A DNA stretch of 64,000 bases from Kudoa neothunni. Its lineage: Eukaryota; Animalia; Cnidaria. Of this stretch, positions 23,823 through 37,431 are shown piece after piece. The stretch is taken from contig OZ199838.1 in assembly GCA_964304625.1 (NCBI GenBank), positions 2,107,329 through 2,171,328 of the forward strand. The letters run 5' to 3'. Under the pieces are notes generated by a model. It was not told the DNA's origin and made no database searches. It saw only the letters and a list, made by a program, of their open reading frames with translations. Every line of letters begins with the position of its first letter. Position 1 is the stretch's first letter. Both the position numbers and the translations under genes were made by a program.

Positions 23823-26800
23823 GATATGCTTTTTATAGTTTAGAACGAGTTTCAGTTGATAATAGAAATCTGTAATGTTGTAATGTGTAAGGAATAGAAT
23901 TATTCGCGCTTTTATAAACAACGAAAAATTGTTTCGTTTATTTTGAGTAAATCGTTGGTTGTGGGAATTTCTTAAAATTTACCGTTGCATTGGTTTGGAG
24001 GTAATTGTCATGCGATTAATGTTAAGCTTGCGAATGACGGAAAAAGGGGGTATCCGTAATTATATGCTTTTTTTTAATTATTTTACAAAACTACATGAAA
24101 TTAATCTGATAATTCAAAAGTTTCCGTCTGCTAAATATCACATATTTGTGAGTTGCCATTAGACTCAGAATGAGCTAATGATGAAGGTTTCGATATACAA
24201 CAGGTAATCGATTTTACGTAGTTTTTCGCCCACAACCTGGATTTTCTACATCCATAATATCATTGTAAATCATTCAGACATAAAAAACAAGTAAATTATT
24301 TTAAAATTTTCGAATGAAAGCCGATAAATCCTTAATATTTCATTTTCGTGATTTTGATCTCACAAATTTTTCTGGTTTAAAAACTCCAAAAACAGTAATG
24401 TCGAATTAATTCCCTCATGTAAAGTAAGTTTTGATTTATTCAAAAGAACAAAAATGGATAAGGGTCAAATAATTATTTTCTTGCTATAGTTTAGAATTGG
24501 TTAAAGGCATTAGGGTCTAGAAATCCGATTTATTATAGACGACTATATGTGTAAAAAAATTACTAAAGGAGTTCAATTAAAAAAAGCATTACTTTTAGGA
24601 GTCATTATGATTATAGGTCGCGTTCTAATTTAAAAATCGTCAATTTTCTTTGGTGACCATCTATGCACCCAAAACTGTTAGCATGACTAGTAGAACAAAT
24701 TGAGTGATATTGTTGCAAGATCTTCTATCAGTCTTATTGATACAATTTATATAAAATTATACTGTTCAATCAACAAAACAATTCCAGATTATTTTAATTT
24801 GTAAAAACTCTATAATGTATACTTTTATTTACATCTGGAATCGATTTAACATCTAGAAAAGAGATCTAAAATGATTTATGAGTTAATTTTATGCGTCCAT
24901 TTCTGGGAGTTATTCAAATCGTCCTTTGATTTTTCATTGCAAGAATTAACGATTTTTTACCGACAATAAAAATTTACTCTTTCAATTTGAATAAAATAAG
25001 AAAGTAGGAGTGGTTATGAAACATTTAAAATATGCCCAATTTGTTAAAATAATAATTTCAAAAATATTGTTTACAAGTTATACCTATATTTATGTAGCTG
25101 AGCTTTTAATTATGAAACTATATTATGTAAAATCATTCTCGTATTTCAAAAAACATCAGTAAGTTAAGCATCATTCTTCAATAAATGAATAATTTATTTT
25201 CCTATGTCCAACCACAAATGTATTTTGGTTAAAACCACATTATTGAAAATGATAACGATCTAAATGCATAGCCAGCAGATTTCTTTCAAGTTATGCTAAA
25301 AGTATAAAAAAAATGTTCCTTAAAAAATAATAATTGTGAACTTTATTATATTACTGCAATACAAAATATAAAATATAAAAATTTGAGGTATATAGAATAA
25401 TATTCGTAACTGAGAAATCTCTCCCCAAACCACAAAGATTCAAAGATTTTCGATAATCCCCAAATTGTAAACTGAAGATTAACGCTATATCTTACAGTTC
25501 TTTGATTGTTAAATTTTGTTAGTCGCGAATTGTGTGTTCATCTAAGAGTAGTGTAACATAAATTTTCAAATTAAAATTATTGGGTTGCTTTATCGATACG
25601 TTAGACGTTTATTTTGATAGAGCACAAATCAACTACTCACGAATTTTTCCACAATTCAATTGATAATTAGTTTAGTAAATTTTTATTTTTTTTGTAAAAT
25701 TTACCAGATTTTATTCATATTGAATTTAATTTTTTTTCTATTTAAATGATGGTTCGAAATTGCGAGAATCAATAATTAAACGTCTCGATTCGTCACAAGG
25801 AGGTTAATGTTATACCATCAGCAAAAATAAGTAGGAAATTTGTTTTGAGGAATATTGTAATTTTTATTTTGTGTTTTACACATTTTTATTTAAAAAAGAT
25901 GAATAATATTTAATTAACTGTTTAATTTATTGTTAATCTTCTTTACGTGACGAAAAGATTGATTATAAAAGTGCAGTCAAAAAAATTGAACTTTATCATT
26001 AATCATTCGAGGACTGGATGAAGAAAACTTCCGGGAAAAATTTGACCCCCTGCCATAAACCATCCCAGTGTTGATGAATCCACACACGAATCATTTGAGC
26101 CCATTTCTTTTTTTTTATTGATAATATCCATAACAGTTAACTCCATTTTTCCTGAGAAAATCAAACCCACGTAGAAATCTACTATATAAAGCAAACCGGA
26201 AATCCGTGGGTGTACGCATTTTTCATTCATTATGGAGAGACATATCACTCCATTTGAGCACACGTATGGAAAGATAAAATTTTATTTTAACAATAAAATA
26301 CGTAAAAAGTTATAAAAAATTTGCATCCTACAAAATGACTTAAAACATTTTCACGTGGTACAATTTGAGGATTTATGCAAACATATAGATCATTTCGTTA
26401 AAGTTTTAAAAAGTTGATTTTAAACGTATCATAGTGTTTATTTTACTTCAAAATTATTGAAAAGTAATTTAATAATTGAATTAGTTCAAATAAGGAAGGT
26501 AATATTAGTTTATGTAGCCAAACATTAATATGAAATTCATTTGTTTTAGAATAAAGCTCCTTGTTAATACCATTTTAAAAATCTTTTCCCTTAGATGAAA
26601 CTAAGCCAATTTAATCAGCTTCTTCATTTTCTTCGTTCTTATTAAGAATTCTATACAATATTGAATTTTGAATAAGTTTCAAAAGTCGAGCAGTTGCGGA
26701 TTTCGCTTCTTTTTTGCTTTTTTGTTAAACGTTAAAAATATTCGATAATTTCGAATCCTTACATAATCATTTTCCGTTCTAAATTTTCGCCTCCATCTGA

Positions 26801-27713
26801 ATGGCAACGAAAAATTACGTGAAATCAGCAATCAGCAATGAAGGATTTTTCGTATTTCATTTTATTGTTAAATTATTTTACCTGGATTTTAATATTATAT
26901 GCTAATATTAATTGTTAATTTTACAATAGATTTAAAACTAAAATAGTTATTAAAAAGTACGAAAATCCTTTACTAACCGTTATATTCAGATCTTCAGATT
27001 CCACATGATATGACACATATGCCGCAAATTCTTTATGGACAACATAAAGCTCCTTGGGTGCAAGGATCAAAAAATGTCAATCATACGATCATGAATTTTT
27101 AAAAATAATATTCTCATTACTCAATTCATCACCTGAATTTTCATCAAAATCATTTATATTTCCCAAGAAATCGTTAAGTTCACCAGACATTACACTTTCG
27201 CAGTTTAATGCTATTTGAATCACTTCATACGAATCAGCTCTAAATCGTGCTGATACAACAAGAATTCAAATTTCTAATTTAACAACATATCAGGTTCTTA
27301 ACAGCGGATTTAAATGAATCAAATAATATAATTAAACAAAAGAATGATAAATTATATGAATGCCAGTAAAAAATGGACTCAAAATTCGAATTTTATCGGA
27401 CGAAAAGCGACATTTAATGCATAAGTGGGCTCGTTGAGCTCGAGCTGGTCCATAAGGGGTTAATCATCCTTGATTAATGCGAACTATAAAATTTTAGTTT
27501 TTACCTTGGAAAATTCTGATTTTCTTATGTATTATACACCATTATTTTATAACAAGATTAAAAGAGATAATTTAATACTAGTAGTAGGTTTTTAAGTGTT
27601 TCACTTATCTGGGCTTAGTCAGAGAACGTATCACTCGCGGGTACAATAGTTTACTGCAATTGCTAGGCGAATAAACAATTAACTATAACTCATACTAATT
27701 TAGAATATACAAG

Positions 27714-28220
27714 TTGTTGTTTTTTTACGAGAGCAAACCCCTGGCGAAACTTTTTAGGTTAAGAAGTTCGGACTGGTTAGATCTCCTCCATTTACATTTA
27801 CGCTTTAGGCACCGCAGCGTCATATTAAGGCGACTTACGTTTATGCGGTAGTGTGGGATTTTAACCCATTAAGCATCCATGTTTCGGAGCAACCACCACC
27901 CCAATCATACCCTGGAATAATCTAGAATGAGTCTGAGAAAGTCGTCTGAATGTGGGCGTCGGCTCTACGGAAATCCCCTACTGGGTTGTATTCCGTTCCT
28001 GCACCCCGGTGCTTACGAGCGCCCAAGATCTACCCTTCCGCCAGGCTCCCCTCCCAGCTGCAAGAAAGGCCACGATAAATCGTAAATCCTTGCGATTACT
28101 ACAGCTTTCCTACTTAATTTCGGATTAGGAGTACAAGAACGCCCGGACTAGGCTTCGAACTTGCAACCTCGTGGTAGGTATGCGAGCTCGACCTAATACC
28201 ATTATGCCATGTTGTCCGGC
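27714..28220 (-). mobile_element. tRNA-derived SINE (~500 bp)
   Basis: Minus-strand head with A box TGGCATAATGG and B box GTTCGAAGC; GC-rich body; A/(AAC)n tail; imperfect ~14-bp flanking duplication (TTAGAATATACAAG / TCATAATATACAGG). Confidence 0.7.
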
Positions 28221-28791
28221 TCATAATATACAGGTGAAGTTACAAATTATCGCATTGGGGATTGAAGTGTAACGCGCATATATTCTTCACAAGATTGAAT
28301 AATTGCTGACAACTAGCAATGGAATTTTCTGTATTTGGAGAGAAATATGGGATAACTAAATATTGGTTTTAGCTCGTTAAAATCTGCTAATGCTATTACA
28401 TGAGATGTGATGGATATCACAGGTAACTTGATATTTTAATATAAAATTAAATTCAGAAATATTACGTTAATTATATAATCGATTTTTTTGATAATAAATC
28501 CATTAATAGATAAGATATCGCATTATTTTTAGACGACGAAAACACATAAATATTCACTTCTCTATCAAACTGTCTCAGACAATTGAAATAATAATTTTAA
28601 TTTTGTATGTAATAAAAATATTATTGCATAAATAAATAAATAAATGATAAATAATTCTTAACTTGACCCAAACTAAAAAATCAACGCAATAAAAGAATAA
28701 ACATATAAATTCCATATCAAAATGACAAAGAAAAATAATACAATATATAATCACAAATCAACTATTATCATACAAAAACATACAATCATCA

Positions 28792-29594
28792 TTATTCAGC
28801 AACAACCACAATTTTAAAAAGCTTTGGATTATGACTGTCATTGGCCAATCTCAATTGCAGACACCCATTGAGTGACTTTTTGTAGATATCAGCCACAGTT
28901 TCCGGAGGTAGAATTCTGTCTCTACCTTTCGCCTGGGAAAGAACCACAGACAAAGGTTTCTCTGGGAACATTACTTCAATGGTGTATCCATTGTCCTTCA
29001 TTTCCTGTATGAATCGTAGCAGTTTCGTCCAATTAACACAAGTTCCCTCCGCTATAAATGATATCTCATCGACAAACAACCATTCAGTCAATAGGATGCC
29101 AACCATTCGTGCACATGGATAATGTTTGGTTATAGTGTCAAGCGAAAAATTTGGCAGATTGGCCATAATCTCATCGGTATCAACAAAAGGAAAAGTGGAA
29201 TAATCTTTTCGAGATTTTAAATAGGTTTTTATGATAGTACTTTTCCCTACACCCATAGGGCCAAGCACAAAAACACAATGTTTTCTAACACTTTCTGGTA
29301 TATTTGTGTTGGAAATAGACGCATCTATCTTATGTCTCCATTTGAGCAGCTCATGTTTAACACACCTTTTCTGATCTTCACTACATTCAACTATATCGAT
29401 ATTCAATATCAATATACTGCAACTACCACACACAACAAATTACATGATCTCAGCAAACTTTCAACCTGTTTGGGAAATTTGTACTTGATTTCACAGTTCA
29501 AATTCGATAGACACCTATTACCTATTTCCATTCGACGTATATATGCCAATTTCGGTAATATACTTGGCATAAAATCCCTAAAGATTGTGATCAT
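28792..29594 (-). CDS. Zeta-toxin-like P-loop kinase, 2 exons
   Basis: A 53-nt GT-AG intron (29391-29443) joins ORFs 29409-29594 and 28792-29433 in frame; Walker A GPMGVGKST, FVDTDEIMANLP, FIAEGT, MKDNGYTIEV, AKGRDR. Confidence 0.75.
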
Positions 29595-32178
29595 GTTACA
29601 CGCGCATGTGTGAAAATATAAGGTCGCTGGTGACCATTATCAAATAGATTGAGAAATCAGATTTAATCACTTGCAGTTTAAGTGGGTGAATTTATTTTAA
29701 TTTTCGTATACATGAATATCATTTATTTTATATGAAATCAACTGTTGGTTATAAAATATTGTTTTCTCTAATCACAACCTATATAATGGGTGAATGCAAC
29801 CCAATCTATCTGTGTAACTATTTTTGTATGTGGATTAATATCTTTTTGATGAACATAAACCATTTTAAATAGTTTAATCCTAATCTGGTAATGGGGCAAT
29901 TAAATGGAGATTATGAAATAATACGTTGTTTGAAAAATTGAATGTCTAAATTATTCATTTTTCAACTGTATGAGTGACTATTTTTTACTCCTTTGGACAA
30001 ATCCTAATAAATTCTAGGCTCATTGACTTATCTATAAGGATGACTGCGCTTTGTTAGATTAAATTAGGTGCAATTATAAAATGTAAAAATTTGTTTGTCG
30101 TTTCTAAGATTTAAATGATTTAATAATTGGTTAGTAATTAATTGGTAACTATTGCAATAGTCAATTGTACTCATATTGAAATGCGGCACAATCCAACTGG
30201 ATTATGGTAAACTAGTGTTTAGCATAATTGAAATATCTATTGTTTACTTGAGGTTACAATTTAATCCTTAAGTATATTGTTAGAGTAATATATATACAAT
30301 TTATGATAATCATATTTGAGTAAATGAAATAAATTTTGGCAATATTTTTACCAACTTTTTCTCTAAGTAGGATCCACAAATCAACTTCCAGATCAGATAG
30401 GTCTATAACTTGTTTATCTTCAGCTAATTCAATTATTGAATTTAAATTAGTCAATAATATACAAAATTCCACATCCCTGTGATAAAAATAATTAATTCTT
30501 TGTTAGGCTGTTTGGAATCCTCCAGAGCTTATTGCTAAGGGAACTAACAGCATCTAATCCCATGTTTTAATCCGTGAATTAAGATATTTCATTGTGTCAG
30601 CCTCATATCCAATAATAAGATAAAATAATATACAATACTTTTTCTCACTGGTTTTATCTACTATTGAATTATGATTTATCTTATGTTTTTTTCAATGTGG
30701 TTATACAATCATTAATCACATGGATATATGATTCCAGTAAACGTGATTGTTTCAAAGAGGATTATTTTTAAGCTTGATATTAATATAAAATAATCTTATG
30801 ACATATTTAGCTCGAGGTGGATGGGATAAATTGCCGAATAATAATTGAATTTTTCGGTTAAAGATTATAATTAATTCAAATATGGATCCTATAGTTTTAA
30901 AATCAAATTATTTTTGATATTAAAGTTAAATATTTTCTATAATTTATTAGTTAAAGTTAGCATAAAATATGAATTTATTTTTCTTATAGACAGATTTAAT
31001 AATAGGTAATTGAAAATTGATGGATTGGTACAAACCATCAAAGTTAGAGTTGTACGACTTAAATTCTAGGATACATAAAACATGCTTCATTCGAAACGGC
31101 ATAATTGGAAGTTCAGCCTGTTGAAATAATCGCGAGAAATTAGGAGTTTGTGCATTAATAAATTAAAATAACTGCTGTTGTGATGACAAATACCCAATAA
31201 TAAAATATCCAACAGTATCATTTTTGTAGGTCGTCGTTAATTTAGATTATGGCCATTATGATACATTTTTACTTCTGGCATTTTAACTATTACGCTATAT
31301 GTTAAAAATTTCTCTCTTTATTACGTCAACCTTGAAATTTAAAGATAGCAATAAAAGACTGAACTTTAGTATAGGTCTCCCAACCCAACGCCCAATTTCG
31401 AGGATTAGAATCATCACATTTTAATCCCTCAAATGTGGCGCTTCGTCCTCCGTCTTCAAAAAAACGTATGTTTCTTCCATTATGAAAATTTTACTCCATT
31501 TTTTCTAATGAAGAGGAGACCACTTTTCAGTTTTTTTACGACTTTTTTCGTCTAATCGCATATATGACAGTGCAATAAACAATACAATCTCCATGTTATA
31601 CACTAGTTTCTGTATTCCACCAAAACTAATTTCACACTAAGTTATAATTAACGGTTGTTGTACAGACCTATAGAATATCGAAAATCAATCCATAGTCAAA
31701 ATTTTTTTTCGTTACCATTTTTTCTAAATTATAGCAATATAACTTTTTTTAGTTATCTGAATTTTTTTACTCGAATCTCTACAATATTACAAGCAATTAT
31801 TTAGCGTTATTAGATAAATTGTCTCCTAAACTGTACTTAAGTGTGACTATTAATCAGGAAATATGTAATTAACTAAAATAACACTTATTAAAAAAGTTAA
31901 TAATTGAGAATGCTCTTTAGAAATAAAATTTATTTTGACAGAATATATACAAATTAAAACGTTTTTTAATGTTATTTGCACATGCATAATCTCAAGCTAT
32001 TCTTGTAGAATAATTTGAACTTTCATTTTTGAAATATTTGGGGGAAAATAATCTCTTTTAACGATCTTTATTAATTTAATGTCTGAAATAAGAAAATGTA
32101 GTTGGCACATGCCCTGTTTTAGTAATTTCGAACAGCTATAAAAACTACAGTAAGGAAATACAATCATCTGATTGTGAA

Positions 32179-33340
32179 TTGGATGATTATGTTTTTGACG
32201 GATCACTGAGAAGTAAGAATGCCATTGAGTGGAATTTAAATAAGCCGTCTAAATCGAGAACTTCGATTGAGATTATTATGAATGGTCGCCCAGGACCAAC
32301 GACTTACTGTCATCAAAGGATTAAGTGTATTTCGGATTGTTTTTTTTTATTTCCGTCCACCAAAATGTTCGTCATGAAATAATAAAGTATTCCAATTTAT
32401 TTGGAAAAACATATTATAATGAACATTGGTCGGATATTGACGAGGTCGAATTCAACGGCTACCTAGGGATGCCGATCTTAATTGCTATCCATCAAGATAG
32501 ACAGGAGACCCTTTGTGAACTTTTTAGTGTAGCTGAAAGAAGAGAAACATATCGTTAATCTTATACGCAGCAAAGATTCAAACAGATGTCAAGGGCGTTG
32601 TATTTCGACGATGTTAGTGTGTTAGTACTCGAGAGGAGAGACGAACTGACGATAAATTTTTTCCAATCCGTGATTTGTGGTCAATGTGGGTTTGTGAACT
32701 GCCCAAGTGTTTTTCCCCGAATCAGGACGTAACTGTCGATGAACTGTTGGTAGCGTTTAGAGGAAGATGTCCTTTAAAACAGTATTCACCTCTAAAGCCA
32801 GCCAAATATGGGTTAAAATTGTACTTTCTCTTTCGTCTCACTTATATGATTCTGGACAAAATGTTGTTCCCGACAACTTTTTTTCTTCCCTTCAATTGGC
32901 GTCTATGTTGCTGGAAAAAAGGTTTACCTACCTTGGGACCATTCGCCATAATAAAAGAGAATTGCCTCCATGTGTTTGTGTTTTTCCGGCAAGAAACAGA
33001 CCATTACATAGTTCCACGTTTGTTTTTGTCGGGAAAAATATGTTGACGTTTTATGTGAATAAAAAAGGACAGTCTGTAATTATTTTATCAACTGGCACAA
33101 CGAACACCAACACGATGGATGAAACAAATCATACGAAACCAATGGTGATTATGTGGTACAATAAAGCGAAAGGTGATGCTGACATTGTTGAGCGCATGTT
33201 AGCTTCAGTTTCTGCTCGTCGGTTTAATAGAAGATGACTCATAGTTTTCTTCTACAATATGGTAGACCTTTCATTGATTAACGCCATTGCTATCTGTAAA
33301 AACATATACAATGAGAGAACTTGCGGCAGATCTCTATAAA
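32179..33340 (+). mobile_element. Degraded piggyBac transposase (PGBD4-like)
   Basis: VTVDELLVAFRGRCPLKQYSPLKPAKYGLK, DNFFSS, YLGTIRHNKRELP, KPMVIMWYNKAKGDAD; frameshifts and stops. Confidence 0.9.
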
Positions 33341-34675
33341 CCATTATTAGAAAGAAGTATAAACCCAAAAATGGCCATTATAAAGCTTAAAATTTCTCTT
33401 AAAAATAACGCGTTAATCCTATTGAGTAAATAGCATTTATTGTATCACTTGATTTTATTTTCTTACGTTTGAAGACAAATATTTTGGTGAATATAATATT
33501 AATTTTATTATTAAATTCTAAGGATGTCGAATATTAATACTTTTTTGTAACAAACAAAGCTCTAATTGAATGCTTTTAATTTGTTTTTATTTTAAAGTTC
33601 ATTCTTAGAATAGAAATCAAAATATTTTCAATGTGAATACAGAGTATGACTAATTTTTCCACCAAGGCATGATGGTGGTATCTCCCCTTTTTATTTTTGG
33701 TGATGCAATGGCAGCAACTTTTTTATTGAACAATTTATACTGAGAAAGTGAGAGAAAACAAGGAATCAGGATGTTGTATAACAAGTGATTATCGGAAGTT
33801 GAGTAATACCACAAATACTTATTTTACTCTTTTTTGTTTAATATTTATTATATATAATTTCAATGAATTATATTGACGTTGATATCGTTTTAAAAATAAT
33901 ACTTTTAAATGATTAATGATATAAGGAGCTAGATTTTCATTGAACTAGGAATAATTGTGAAGTTATTCATAACCATTGTTGAGGGTATAAATCCGTGTGT
34001 ATCTTACCATTACACCGGTGCATGCGCGGGGGATTATAGGAATATACTTATTTCGGTCTTTTCCTACAGGTTATAGCGCTTTTACAAACAAAATAGCTCA
34101 TATAAATGATAACAGATTATCGATGTATACGTGCAAGGTTTATGATTTAGGAATGCGATAATAATTTGAGAAAATATTTATTTTATCAACATAATTTTAA
34201 GTTGAACTCTATAAATAAAGTTCCAAGTATAAAATTAAAATTACGAAATTTATTTTGATAATATAATTTGGCGATGATGTGTTTATATTATTTTTGGCCT
34301 CACATGTAGTGGTAGTGAGCAGGGCAGGGCGTCCATTGCTTGGGTTATTGGTTTTTTTCGTTTTTCTTTAAAGTATTGGGTTTTTTTGTGATCATTGAAT
34401 TTAAATAAATTAACGTAATTTTTCATGATGTAGAGTATGCCCCTAATATTTTGTAGATGCCGCATACTTTACCATTACCCGCTACAGTCATAATATGAGG
34501 GGTAATAAATATGTATGGGGCCGAATGGCACCACGTTTGATTTGTTTAACATAGCACTGCCGTATTGTCACTCGCCAGTCATTTCTGAGCGTTATTTAGA
34601 ATAGTAGCTTCAATTATTAAGTAATTAATTAATTAATTAATTATAAATATATTTGCCTATATTATATTTTAAGCA

Positions 34676-37431
34676 TGAGTGATAACACAAATCAATGCTT
34701 TTCAAACATAAAAATACAGCTAAACATTTAAAAAATTATGAAATAGCTAAACGGACTGTTGATATAACCCATTTAGTAAAATCTAATAAGATGTCAACAA
34801 TATCCCATCCAATTGTATTGATCATTTCCTTCCCATGTACAAAATTGCATTGCCCGACAGTAAAATTGTGGAAACGTTGTCAATGAAAAAAACCAAATTT
34901 TCATACATTGTTCAGGATAGTTTAGCTTTTGAAGAAGATACTTTTATTTCAAATATCTGTAGATCTCAGAAGTTTTCATTAATAATTGATGAGAGTACTG
35001 ACATTTCAATTACACAGATTTTGGCAATTGTAGTTCGGTTCTTCGACTATAATAAAGAGAATGTTGTTGACGCTCTGTTAGACACTATAATTGTAGAGGA
35101 TGGCAAAGCACTCGATCTTTACAACTCTATCAAGAAGCTGTTCGCAGACAAGAATATTCCCATTGAGAACGTCATAGGATCTAAAAACAGATTTCGGAAA
35201 TTATTAAAAGATGATATAACGTCAATTTTCATTGCGGGATGTGTCTGTCATTCAATCGCCTTGTGTGCGGGTAATGCAGTGAAGTATCTTCCACCATATT
35301 TAGAAACATTTCTGAAGAACATGAGTTCCTATTTCTCACGGAGCAGTAAGAGACTTCTCTCTAATTCAGGAGACTGTCAATACTTTATGTCATAAAATAC
35401 CAAAATTATCGCAAACAAGATGGTGGCTGTCGCGAGAGAATGTCATTTCATCTGTGCTAAATCAGTATAGCGCTCTACTGTTATATAGGGTTTCCCGATC
35501 AAACCGAGAACTGTTGAAATTAATACAAGATGGTTTAGATTAAATTGGTCGTAGTATAAATAATTTTTTTTTGTTTAAGTAACAGTAACAACATTAGCTT
35601 CCATCCTTAACCTCCGCGGTATAAATTAAAAAAGGGGGGTTCCCCGATTTTAACACGTGACAGTTCCCGGATTCATAAAGTGAATGACTATATTTAAATT
35701 ATAATGAGTTTATTTAAAAATATATTATTCATATTTATTTCTCCGTAAACTTTTGACATTAGGATGGAACTAAACTCAGAAAATATCCCAAATAAAAAAA
35801 TGATTTCTACTATCCCTGATTAAGATAGAGTTAGAATTATCAACGAATCGCTCGAAGGAAAATCTACGAAAAAAATATCTGAAGATCTTTCCATTAATTA
35901 TAAGTCCGTTTGGAGAATCATAAACAATTATAACAAGAATGGTTGCATACGTATCCAGAACCGAGGCGATAAAAAGTCAAAGTTGTCCCATTATCAAAAA
36001 CTTGAAATTTTATAATGGGTTGATTCTGGTTGTTGATTGAGGCTAAATGATATGCAAAGAATACTTCAAAATTTTCATTATTCTCTAAAGTGTACTGTAC
36101 CGATTCCTGAGCGGAGAAATTGTGTCTCCAAACGAAACTAGATATAGCTACGCAAAGGATTTTAGAAAATTTGAGTTGGACATGGAGGACAAAACATTTA
36201 TCTTTATGGATGTAGTGGGGTTTGCCGTTGTTACGCGACCGAAAAGAGGACGGGCTGCTCGAGGTGCTTTTCCATATATTTCAGTAGTGACAGCCATGAA
36301 TAAATATGGAATGATACTTCATAAGATTCACGATAAGGCGGTGAACGGAGAGGATTTTAAAGTTGTCTAATTGAAATAAAGGAGGCATGTACTTTAAAAA
36401 ACATTAACGATCCTATCTTTATCTTGAACAATGTCCGTATTCACCATTGTAAAGGACTAAAAGACACTATGGACATGCTTGGACTCAAGTTATTCTTCTT
36501 GCCGCCATACTCCCCATTTCTGAATCCAATAGGAAATACATTTTCTGTTTGGAAAAATTTGGTAATAAGAGAAGTCAAAAATGAAATGGAACTTAAGGAG
36601 TTAATCTCTAATAAATTTGACGAAATTACCGTTTCTCATTGTGATGGCTTCTTCCGAAAAAAGCTAAGGTATCTCCAAAAGGCTGAAAATAGGGAAATAA
36701 TAAATCAGTAATATATTTGTTGTTGTTATATTATTGAATAGTTTTTACGCGTAATTTAAATCTAAGTTAATTAAAATGAGTCTCATTAATTGCAACAATT
36801 CTCACATTGATCGGGAAACCGTATATTTTCAAGGGGAAGAAAAAATCAACAAAATTCTCAGAAATAGTATTACGAAGCCAATCTTACTCTCTCTTCAATA
36901 TGTTCTGAAAAAGATCAATAAATTGAATTGTGAATTTCAGGTTGCTTGTTTTGTATACCATGACCACGATGTTGTCGGTATATAAGAATCTTTTGAGCTT
37001 TTTTATCAAAGATGTGGTGCTACATTCAATGAAATTATCCGAAATTGATCCCTTAAATATTCATTATTACAAACCAGTTACAGAAATATTATTGATTAGG
37101 AATGTGACGGCACACCTAATTAATAACCCTATAGATTCCTTAATGGAGATAGGATTTAAACGAGCTTGATGATCAATGGCGAAGTTATCGTCTGGTTGTT
37201 GACAAACTGCCAATTCCTTTTGACATTATCCCCTGATATTGATCTAAGTTAAAAGAAATAAAGGATGACTTTGGCCTTTCAAAATTCGGCACTTTAGCTG
37301 ATTTTATGTTGAGCTTAATCATTATGCCACATTCCTCTGCTAACGTCGAAAGAATTTTCTTTTTGATGAACGACAGAGAAAACAATAAAAAAACCCAAAA
37401 TTTAATTGTCGATGATGATTATTAAACACTA
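34676..37431 (+). mobile_element. Degraded hAT transposase interrupted by a Tc1 element
   Basis: FSLIIDESTDISITQILAIVVRFFD, GCVCHSIALCA, LSQTRW, and C-terminal hATC motif IMPHSSANVERIF (~37320-37360). Confidence 0.85.
35486..36823 (+). mobile_element. Tc1/IS630-like element with TIRs and TA TSD (inactive)
   Basis: TIRs TAGGGTTTCCCGATCAAACCGAGAACTGTTGAAATTAAT / ATTAATTGCAACAATTCTCACATTGATCGGGAAACCGTA; DDE_3 motifs FMD..GF, NNVRIHH, LPPYSPFLNPIGN; excision restores the hAT frame (LLYFQGE). Confidence 0.9.

Noticed and set aside
27714-28140. Hammerhead ribozyme or retrozyme in the GC-rich element
   Set aside because: No CTGATGA/GAAA core with flanking stems found by eye.
28141-28220. Functional tRNA gene
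   Set aside because: It has A and B boxes but no convincing anticodon arm or canonical cloverleaf, and it continues into a SINE-like body and tail.
30254-30800. Possible degenerate minus-strand gene upstream of the Zeta-like gene (candidate antitoxin partner)
   Set aside because: I could not build an open spliced model, and there are no recognisable motifs.
31250-31560. Faint Tc1-like remnant (KWSKIFIMEET on the minus strand)
   Set aside because: Only one short degenerate motif and no TIRs.
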